A stretch of DNA of 64,000 nucleotides from Tubulanus polymorphus. Its lineage: Eukaryota; Animalia; Nemertea. Below, one piece after another: positions 49,301 through 61,300 of the stretch. The notes below the pieces were generated by a model. It saw only the letters and a program-made list of their open reading frames with translations. It made no database searches and was not told the origin of the DNA. The DNA lies in contig NC_134026.1 in NCBI RefSeq assembly GCF_964204645.1, positions 23,408,150 through 23,472,149 on the forward strand, read 5' to 3'. Positions within the stretch are counted from its first letter, which is position 1. The number at the start of each line of letters is the position of its first letter. Made by a program: the position numbers and the translations under genes.

Positions 49301-52300
49301 TTCAGTGTATACACAAAGTAGGTTAAGTCAAATCGCTCCATCATCCGAAAACCTCAAATGTCTCTATATACTATTTTGAAAATGTCTCTATATACTATTT
49401 TGACAGAAATCCCACTGGTTCCACAGTCATGGACATCGACGATATCCACAGACATTTTCTATGAAATAACGCAAATTCATATGGTGAGTGAATAGGCAGA
49501 TATCTGCGAAAGCCAGACCACAACTTATCGGTTCTGGGAACGACGGTCGTGACGCGTTGAGAGCGGCTATACCCAATTACGAATCTGTCCCATGATCTAA
49601 GAACTCTTGTGACAAATGAGTAACACATCGAAGGTCACCGGCGAAAGGTCAGAACATGAGTGCCCCAGTTTATAATCGAGGTAATGAACGATTACAAACC
49701 ATGTCGCAGCCTGTTATACATATCATGGGCGGAAAATCAATTACTCATTAATTGAAACGTATGTCCTACTTTCTTATAGACATTTATTACATTATCATTC
49801 GTACTAGAAGCATAAGTACATAATTATCTAATGGATTCACAGATTAAAATGTTTAAAAACCCTTCACATTTGAAAGAATTGGTTCAACTTCAACTATCAA
49901 CACAAAATAATACACGAAAGGGTAAAGAAGGACAAATACCGTAAAAGATAACTGAAAGGCAGCGAAGCTATGATAAAACAAGACTATTATCTCCTTAGTG
50001 AAGTTGATTTTTTCAGTTAAGTGTGTAAAAGCAAATGTAGATGTATGGAAAGTTGAATGTAATAAACTGTCTATCAGACTCGTATTGGAACAGCAACCCG
50101 GGGAGTGCCTGGTAAAAAACATCACGTACACAGCTCATCTTCAGCTTATACTCGAAGGTCGACTATATCCCTCATTAACGAGAACTATTCTAAATTGGCA
50201 ATCAACTGATTTTCTTCAAATTTCAAAGGAATTGTTACCAAATTATGTGCACCTGCTCGATAAAGTGCTTTTAAGACGTCTACTCATGCATCTTCAGGCA
50301 AAGTGGAAGAGACGAATTAAAAGTCTCTTAGACTAATGGATCACACATATTTTACTGGCTTATCAGCACTGATTAATTTAAGTTTTAGTTGAAGTGTCAA
50401 GCTCCCATATTCCAGGCATATGAGCTCAAATACATTGGTTACAATACTTTAAGGATTGAAAAATTAGTTAACTCGAAAAAAACATTTTCCATCCGATGAT
50501 GTGATATGGCTCAATACAATACACAGGAAAAAAACATAACTTTGTATCCCAGAGATATCTTGGAATTTCACTCTCATGGGATATCTGAGAATTACAGACA
50601 ATAGAAAATTTCTTGGTATATAAGAATAAGGGCACTTTTTGAATCAGATTTCTCCTGACTGAATTACCCTGTATAACCAGACACTTGAAGTTCCATCAAA
50701 AAATTCTTGTTCAGTCCGATGGCAAGAGAAAACTGAGAGTCTAGTCAGCTAATAAGCTGCTGATGATTAGCCGAGCACGATGTCGCAAATTTCTAACGAA
50801 TATCTCAATTCTCTCAAGTTCAGTAACATCATTAACTCAACACTGAGTGCCACTGAGTGCACTAAGAACAGCCAGACCAACTGATGGGCTGGCAAGTTAC
50901 GAAACCACGCTGTTAAGGATTAACTTGCACATTTGGTGCTTCTGAAGCTTTTTTAAAAAATCCATATCCCTTTAGATTACTAAGTGTGGTGCCAGGAGAG
51001 AAAGGTATGCATTTGCTAACCATAAATAGCAAACGCACCTCGCAACAGGTCAATTTAATTAATTCACAAATTTAATAGATGAAACAAATAATTATACCAA
51101 AAAAATTGCTGAAAAAATTTGATGAATTTATAGTGGTCAAGCTGTAAACAATCATTTACAGTTAGCTATGATTCTGATCAAACTATGTCACTGAATATTC
51201 ACAGCCAAAAGAAGGCTTTCAGTTTGTTCAAATGAATACATCGGAGAGAATAAGTTTCTAATAAAACAACAATCTTCACAAGGGTTTAATTCGCATCATT
51301 AGCATAGAAGGATTTCGTATCATCTGCCTCTTATCCGATGCGCCTGATTTCACGGAAGAAGAGGAGAGAGGCTTATTACTGTGTATACGGGTCTGAGCAA
51401 TTCCATTCATAACAATAATAATGATCATAACAGAAAACGATGCAGATATTCCATCGATAATGTTTCACCGGATGACTGACTAACACATTTTTTTCAGAAT
51501 TTATGACAGAAATATAATTCCATTATCACATATTGAATGGTGAATAAATAGCTTCCCTTATCAATCTAAGAATTTATTGGGATGATGGAAACTTGAATTC
51601 GAGGCAAAATTCAATGAATCTACGCAGACGTACTGCAATTACAAGCATTATTCGAGTATAGAAGAAACAGATTACAGTACAAATGTATCCAATGTGAAAT
51701 CTCCAGAGAGGAACCTCTGTCCAGATGTAGGGGATGGAGTCAATGTAAATAGGACAGTACATTAAGTCTCCTTAACAAATCAAGCATAGGCTGTACATTT
51801 AATAGAAGCATCAATACCCAATAAGAAATTTATTATAACCGTTATAAGGGTCCAACAGATTCCCAGATGATACAAGGAGCAACATGATTGCAATGACAGG
51901 TTGCATAAAAATCCATACACAGCCCTCAATATTGATGCTACTGAACCAAGCTCATCAACAGTTATGGTTAAAACATCGTACAGCAGTTCTATTTGCTTCA
52001 TATCATTATCAACAGCAAAATTAAAAAGCTACATAAGATTAATGAATCAAAATCTAATCCGAGCTCTGATTACTGGCACATTCAGCAAAAAATGACCAGG
52101 GAAGTCTACTAAAAACGCCATTCAACTTTACACTAGTCACCAATTCCATTAAGCAATTTTCGCATTATCAAATAACATTTTACGAGATGACAGGTTGATT
52201 CCAGTGTGTGATGCATATTAACAACTGATGAAATTTTCGGACAGAACTACTCGCGCGACATGGTGGCCGGTGATTTCAATGAGCTCAATCTCTTTCCGTC

Positions 52301-55300
52301 AGTCGTTATTATGACACTAAGTGCGGCGATTACCGTTAAGTCGGTGAAAATTTCAAATGAATTCCGTCATCAACGGCGAGTCCTGATCGATTCGTCGATC
52401 ATCAATCACGACGTTTAATACTCGCGTCTGAACCGATTCGAGGGCTACACGATTCACCAATTCATGATTACAAATTCTCGACGGCGATCTTAGTTAAAAA
52501 GTTTCTATGTCGTACAACACGGATATTACGGGGCCCGATGACAGTAGGGGATCAAATCGAGATTGGTCGAGAAAAACAAATGACTGATTAATGACAAAGC
52601 GAAGGAGCCCTCCGGGTTATTAAAACTGAATATGAATATTCCGCTCAGAGTAAAAATGAAAGCTGCATGAAAACACCAGACAATGCAATACCGGTATATG
52701 ATTTACTTGGGACTTATGTTTGTCACTGTCGCAGGCCAGTGAATGTTTCATCTAAGAAAAGGGGCACTTTTGTATGATAATCGACGCTATCAATCATTTC
52801 TATCATAAAAGACAAACAAGGCAGAACTTATAGATTCAACAGTTTAGGACATCCACATGGCTGACACTGATAAGCCATTTATATTAAAGTAATCCGTGTT
52901 CTCAACATTGTTACCATGGAATCAATCTCTATCCATCCATCCAGGAGATGCTGATACATGAGGCGGTTCTTCGTGTTCGTTCCATTTGGAACAATCCGAA
53001 AATCTAAGGTATCATCTTCTTACGGCAAGAAATATTAGCCCGGATAGGTGTTCGTTTTAGAGACATTGTTGTATGTTTGATTCTTGGTAAGTCAAAATGA
53101 ATATGTTCAATGTATCAACCTTAGAGCACAATTCATGCAACCAGTGCAAGTATTTCTCCAGTTTCCACTGTACTTGCAATACCTATTCTAAGGAAGCACT
53201 TTATTTCTATAAGGCCCACCTTGCCACCATGAAGACTGTGTCATAAGATATCTAGTTACTCAATATATAACGTGATGTCACCATTGAACTAAGAGTACTG
53301 AATGGGAAGAGGTAATGTAGTATTGATAAGCATTAGTCAAATCAACAATACGGAAGGATATACGAAAGAAATACTTACATATACATCGCATGACTTTAAC
53401 TGGATCAAGTTGGAAGCGCTCTAAGAATTTATGCTCCTGAAACAGGTGTATGGTCAGGTAAAACAGTGGACGCCCTGTGAATAGAAAAAGCAACAACCAT
53501 CTTCAAATTTATTTAGAGAAGTCAGGATAATTGTGTTAAGTTAAAAGTAAAAAATTGATGAAATTCAGTAAATAGTCAGTTTACTTACCATTAGTAAGTT
53601 TATCCAGGGTGAAAATGTTGAAGTTCCAATCACCCACTGTTTTAAGCAACTTCTACAAATAAGAAAAGCTAGAATTGAGTGGGAAAGCATAGACATCAAA
53701 TTACTATTTTCTCGACACTTTCTACAATATCAGCCACGGGCAAAAAATCTAATGAATAAGACCATTTCTCTTGAAAACAAATGACTCAGAAGTGTACTGC
53801 TATTTGTGTAGGAGAGACCAGTTGTTGGTTTCAGCTTTCAGAAATCGCCTGCAGATTGTTGTCAGTTCATTGCACTAACATGCAGAAATTAGTTAATCTC
53901 GATTGTCAACATGAAACAACGGGAAAAGCCAATATCGAACAACGGCAGTTGACAAAATTTGCGTTGATATTACCGTAAGGGAAACAAACAACTTTACTAT
54001 GAGAAAGGTCACAGCTGGAAGTGCAGCATATGACTTCTAAAAATGTCTGCCTTAAAAAATATTTCTTAAGAAGGTTTTGGATCCAGCTCCCACTCATGCA
54101 ACTGTTAAAACTCAATATAGGCAAGGTACCAAGTTACCCAAACAGCTTGAAGGCTGAATTCTGATTTTTTGGAGAACTGCCATATCACCCACATTGTAAT
54201 TCTTTACGAACAGCGGTGAAGTGAAAGTTAAATAGTCACCCCATAACTCCCCTCAATATCTACCCAGCCTCAGGGCATACATATTCTTACAGTTTGAAGT
54301 TCAATTTTTCCGTTAAGGAACTTGTAAAGATATACATAATCATTGATAAGAATGATCATGTAGAAATGACTGCCACTGACACAGACATGTAAAAATTAGC
54401 CCTGAGGAAAAGACAAATGTCAAGTTGAGTTATTCAATGTGATCATCCGAGTATTCAAAACCAGATTTGAATTTGGGACACGATTGAATAAAGTCATGTA
54501 GCCCTGTCATAGAACATTGAAAATTACGTAAATAATATCAGATCTGATTTGGTACGTTAATTGTGAAGTTCAAGTCAATGTCAATTCATGGCTTAATAAA
54601 CATAACAGGTTTTAATGCAATGACTGCGATCATTGAAACGAGTAAAGGCTGGCTTATGTCTACAAGCAACGCGACGCCTACCGACTCAACCGGGAGCAAC
54701 TGCGATCGCAACCCAGCTTATGTCGACTGCGCTCAGTAACTGTGGCCGACTGGCGGGATATGAGATCCTCCCAGTTGCTTCACTGCTTATGTCGGTTACG
54801 ATACTAGCAACTGCACTGGCTCAGATGGTCACGTGACAAGCATTTTGAGAATAAATTTGAATCATTTTGAATTATTGGGATATACATTTCTTTTACTAAA
54901 GCTATTCATTTAAGATCTTTATCTTTCTGATTCTGTTTTGAAAACAATGTGCTAGCGACATCATATAATGATGGCCGCTCTCACCATAACTCTACCAATT
55001 TCGTTTCTAGATCTTCGGTCCAGTCATCTGCCGTGCTGAAGGTTTGGTTTACGTTTTGAACTATTTGAATTTGAAAGTTTATGACTAATTACGAATGACG
55101 CTAACTAGCGGTCATAATTTGTACTATGCATATGCGGTCTCTTATTGGCTGGAACCCTTGCGCTCAGTTCTGTCGCGTCGCAGATGAGCTTATGTCGGTT
55201 GTGATCGAAAGCAACTGTCCGCCTACCGTAGGCTGGAGTAGAACATGGGCAACTAGCCGGATACGGCTTGCGACAAGTCGGTAGGCGTCGGGTTGCCGTC

Positions 55301-58300
55301 GCAAGCCGGCTTATGTCGAACCGATAGAGCAGCAACTGGCGGCCTCTCGTAGGCCGCTAGTTGCCGCTAATCGGCGATAAACTCAGTTGCATCGGTAGTC
55401 ATCGCGTTGCTTGTCGACATAAGCCAGCCTTAATAGATTTTAATCTTTTTTTAAAAAATTCACCAGGCAAAAATCTCTCTAGGTAAAAATCTAAGTCATA
55501 TCATCTGAATTTTTTCTATTGTGGAGTTTTTCAATAACATGTTCCAGGAGTATATGTACATGCATATGTTTCGAGTTTTCCGTATATGTGCAGGCAAACA
55601 GGTGTTCTCTTTATAACAACCAGTTCTAATAGCTGAGGCAAAAACTGTGTCACTTGTGCATAGGAGGTGGAATTGACACCCTACACCATCTCTGAACAGG
55701 AAGCACATAATCTACCACCTATGGGTGTAAACAAACAAAAACCATTAGTGCAAAAAGCTAGATGGAATAGTTTACAATTCAAACGACGAAATGTAATCCT
55801 CACAATCTAGTTATTTAATATATTTGATAATGACAATATATGTAGTCTGTATAAGCACGGGGCAATATGAAGCTAATTGTCAACTCAGTGAACTAATGAT
55901 ATGAATGACGTCAATCATGACGATTGGTGCTGCTTTTCCTTGAACCTATCACGGCGTTCAGTGGTCTCAGTTAGTGTGAATTTCTTGAGAGAATTTTCAG
56001 GAAGCTATCCGTGGCCTCATAAGTTGTCAAGGCAGTTAGTGCTAAATTAAGCAATCAATTCGTAGTCAAAAACTGTACTGGGTAATCAAGCAATGGGAAG
56101 ATGTGAAATTCCCTGGAAGACACCGTTTCCAGTGTAACAATAATCTCCTCACGAGCATTCGAACAGCCAGTATCATCGCACTATCAGGGAAAATTATTTC
56201 CGCTATTGAATAAGTCCCATGTACGCATTTTCAAACAAAGCTTTTAGAAGTATCTCCTACTGTTGAGGGCAAACTACCCACAGATATCAGTTACATATCT
56301 AAGCATAAGTTCTAAAGAGGTCGATCAGCATTTCTATGTCACTTCTTAAGGTCGCTGTGGATCATCTAAAGGCTGGCTTATGTCGACAAGCAAAGCGACC
56401 CCTACTGACTCCTACCGACGCATCTGAGATCGCAGCCCAGCTTATGTCGACTGTGCTCCGATTCGCAGCTACTGAGGCCAACTAGCGGGATACGAGGTCC
56501 TCCCAGTTGCTTCCCTGCTAATGTCGGTTACGATTACTGGCAACTGCAACGGCTCAGATGGTCATGTGATAAGCATTTTGAGAATAAATTTGAATTATTT
56601 TGAATTATTGGGAAATATATTTGTATTAGAAAAGCTATTTCTTTAAAGATCTTTATCTTTCTGATTCTATTTTGAATACAATGTGCTAGAGACATCATAT
56701 AAAGATGGCCGCTCACGCCATAATTCTACCAATTTCGTTTCTAGATCTTCAGTCCAGTCATCTGCCGTGCTGAAGGTTTGGTTTACGTTTTGAACTACTT
56801 GAATCTGAAAGTTTATGACTAATTACGAATGACGCTAACTAGCGGTCATAATTCATACTATGTATATGCGGTTTCTTATAGGCTGAAACCCCTGCGCTAA
56901 GATCCGTCGCGTCGCAGCTTATGGCGGTTGCGATCGGAAGCAACTGTCCGCCTACTGTAGGCCGGAGTTGAACATGGGCAACTAGCCGGATATGGCTTGC
57001 GACGAGTCGGTAGGCGTCGGGTTACCGTCACAAGCTGGCTTATGTCGCAGCAACTGGTGGCCTCTTGTAGGCCGCTAGTTGCCGCTAATCGGCGACAAAC
57101 CCAGTTGCGTTGGTAGGCATCGCGTTGCTTGTCGACATAAGCCAGTCTTAAGATATATCTTGCATATTCAGGCTTTATCGGCAGTCTTCATCAATTCTCT
57201 TTTCACATTACCGTTACTCGCCTCTTGTCCCTTTCATTCGCTGATGGAATAAGGCTCAAGAGATGAGGCTTTTTACATATTGAGATAAGATTCTGTTTAT
57301 TTCATACAAAGCATTATCGCCTGTGTTGTCGAAATCACAGAGGAATCGAGGAGTTGACATTGAATTTTAAGAAATGCTAATCAAACGTGTACTACTCTGT
57401 AAGCTTCACTGTGAAGATTGCAATTGCCATTCAGATCATTGACACTTTTTGAAAGCTAAAATAGACAATGAATGAATGCACCTCTTTTACATGTACCGTA
57501 AATGGCTAAATAGAGTAGAATAATTTAAGCGTTGATAAGCGCAATCATTCTCAAATTGAATCCTAGATATCGCCACATAATTCTTTGTGTTTTTTTCAAG
57601 GTATGTCATGATAAACGACTAATCTTTTGTACAAACTGTGCTACAAGATTTCATGGAAGCTACCATCACACCATTATTCATCCATGCAAAAACATTACTG
57701 TGTATTGAAACGAAATCATGAATTGACAATCAGCATCGAGTGATGACAACGTGAAAGTACTGCACAAAGCAGAGGGGCACAGACCCACTGAACCATAAGA
57801 AAATGAAAGAGCGCAAACAGCACTTCCCCAATCAGCACTGTAAGAGCGAAATAATCCAACCATCCATCGACCTGGTGATTAAAGACGAAGAAAACTTGAT
57901 AATGGTTTCCTTCATCATCATCAAAGTGTACGGATAGATGAGAGCTAAATACTACCTGTTGGCCGACCCTCTAACAGCTAATGGCCAACATCGTTCCAAC
58001 TATCGACGCTGAATTTATGGGCATGTTTTTTACCACATTACTAAACGATTCATACATCAGATAACAGCCGATATATTTGAGAAGACAACGGGATGGATGG
58101 ACACAGATATATTAATTGGTAATAAAAAAGATTCTATGGTTATATTGCTCAATACAATTGAACAGCAGGTTTTCAATATCATCAATCAATAATTCTTTAA
58201 ATTTTTCCATCAATAACATTTTCAGCATCCACAATAATATTTTCAACATTAAATCAATTGATAGGCATAGAATGCTAAAAATATAGCGGTCAATTTTTAG

Positions 58301-61300
58301 AAATGTTTGTCAATATTTCTGGATCAAGTGCCTTAAGAAGCAATGACATTTACTGGTAATAACATAAATAGAAGGCCATTGTTAATAATTAGTTTTTTAC
58401 AGATTCTCCATGATTTCAGCCCAAACATGTGTAATTGCCTGAATAACAAGAGCTGAAGAACCGACAGCTCGAGGAAAGAGGAGCACAAAGACAAACAGGT
58501 GACAAATATGTTTCGTCTGGATACAATCATTGTGGGTGGAGTAATGGTGAGTTAAGCTGCTATGACAAATGTTGAATCTAACATCATCGACAATTTTTTT
58601 CCAGTAGTGTGATCTATGAAAAAATCATTGAAACCGTACACATAACACTTGACTCACGAATATGCGTCATTGTGTGTTAAAACAGGGAGTTAAACACATA
58701 ACACCTAACTTGTTCAATGTCATCTTTCTTGTTTCTTACTGGCAAGTTCACAAAGAAATGTCAAAGTGATACCACACTATATAGTGTTTCTGTCATCCAG
58801 AAAGCATTCTTCAAAAAGCAGACTGCCTGCGGTCAGCAGTAAATTTGATGACTTTGAAGTCGATCCGTCCACTGACGTAACCGAAGCAATTTGTAACACA
58901 TAAAACAGGCAAACTACCATTATTAACCCACACAATGTTGGACATGATTGTTTTCCCATGACATGCACTACCTTCTAAACAAAGGCATCATAAGATCCTA
59001 ATGACTGATACAACAGTGTATACATTATCTATACTTATTAAGACACCTCATTATTACATTATAATTATCATTATCCTCATCATGAATAAAACAATATATG
59101 GCAATCCCATCAGCCCAGAATCTTATTTATAGGTTGAACAAATACTAGTAATGAATCACTCAATAAAATGAAAAATAATTACATATACTTTATGGATATG
59201 CATGTAATCATATAACTCAATATCATGGCCTACACTATTACTATCAATCATTTTTCACAGAAAAATAAAATATGACACCACGACTATGCATCAGCCTTTA
59301 GGGAGGCAATTCAAGGCCAATACCTAAAGCAGCGATCGACTGACTCCATATTCAATATGTGTCAGGTAGGTGTGACCGAATTCTCCTTGCCTCTCGAATA
59401 CTGACTAAGAACGTCAAGTTTAGTAGCCTCGTTGAAAATGATCCCACGAAAATGATTCACTGCCAGTGGGAATGGATGATGAAAAAGTCTGTTCATTAGT
59501 GAATCGTTTGCGTACGAAGTCCATCTTTCCAGTAGAGTCTAGGGAAATGTCAGAAACTACTTGCGCAGCTAACGTGATTTTCCGACTAGCGGAAGCATGC
59601 GGTCAAGAGTACTTCATTTGTGAACATGATTGCCAACCAAATATACCGTCGAATTACTCTTCAATTTTCTATATAAGGTAAAAAAACATTTTACATGCTC
59701 ACGTGAAACTAGTAAGACACCTGTCTGAACATGATCACGTATCAACTAGTTTTATACGGTTCGAATCAATTTCTCATGAGGTTCTGGCATTAGCTCCAAA
59801 ATTCTTCAAGCGAGAACATTTCTGGTATGTCAAGTTTGGATAATGATATAAATGGTATTATCTACACATGTTATTTTCAGACCACTAGCAACAACTTTTA
59901 TCAAATATCGATGACGATGAGAATGATGAACACACGCTTTTATTGATTGAAACAAGAAAACCATCGTGTGAAACATGCATTAGCTCTGGTGGCCGCCCTT
60001 TTTTCTATTGATTGCCTCCGTGCCACTATCCAGATTTTATAGCAAACTTATACGAACAAATTCTTCGAAGAAAAGCTATACGCAGTTAGCTGAAATGAAT
60101 AAGATCAATCTCACAACAGCATTTTGGGCAAACCCTGGATTCATTTCTGCATGGGCGTGAAGAAAATAATACGGCAAAACTGCAATGCTACAACATGTCA
60201 ACCTCGATTGTCTCCACCTGATACATAAAGCTTCCTTCTCCTGTAAATTATAGTTAATTTCCACTCGAGGAAGTAATTTCTGCAGATAGTACTGTCCCCA
60301 TGGACTTCAGGTATATCAGATAAGGATCAGCTTCCGTTTTTACAATACATGATCAATAATTTGGTCAGTTCATACAAATCAGTATATGGCTAAGAAACTA
60401 ACAAACATCTTCCTTGAAATTGTGTTTTCGCCTAAAACATTAATAATGAGACAAGCAGGTGAGCATCAGTGATAGCTTGATAATAATACTACTCTTTTAT
60501 TACTGATTCGGCGTGGTTTGCGCATCTTTTATAGGAAGAAAATCAAAATGAATCATTCATCCTTCATAAACATTGTCATGGCAATCTGTGCAATCCTTGC
60601 CATCAACTAGAATGTGGTTAGTTGTTCCATGATTGGAGGGATATTTCCAAAAACCACAGAGCCTTCTAATCCAAATAGAAACTTCCAGGAAAATGATACC
60701 CGATGCCCTGCCTAGGTGCACTTGCTTTCTACCGAGAAAGGGCTTAATCATCATATATTTGTTGAAGGTCAGGTAACACATATTCATTTTACTTAACACT
60801 AAACATTCCCTCTTCTAGCCATAGCAAAGAACGACTTACCTTTGCCTGGCCTGAATAAAGGTCATCAAGAATGGAAGCATTTTCAGGTGAGCACCTAGAC
60901 CTTGGACGATTTCGTCTCGTCGGCCGATGTAAACTATGGAAGCGTAGACGACATTTTGGCTTATAGTCCTTGTGTGCTGTTGCTGAAATGTAGAAAATGA
61001 AATTGGAAACTTCAGACTTAAGATATATTTGGGCTAGTAAAACCAAAGAGCCCCTCCACAGTTCCTGATATCTTATATCGTAAAATAATAAACTTGAAAC
61101 ATTTGCATACATGCATGCCAATGTTTTTAAAGGTTATTGTGTACATGTATATATCAAATATATGCCATTATCTTCATATTCCCCTTGTCAGATAGATTAG
61201 ATAAAAAGTTTCCAGTAGGCCTAGACCAACTTGTACTACAAAAAAGCAAGTTAATTTTTTTTTGTAAAATGACGTCAATCTATACCAGACTGAACTGATA

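Noticed and set aside
47638-50336. 118-aa and 112-aa plus-strand ORFs in a PDE7 intron
   Set aside because: No recognisable motifs or exon structure; lengths are within chance expectation for 64 kb in six frames.
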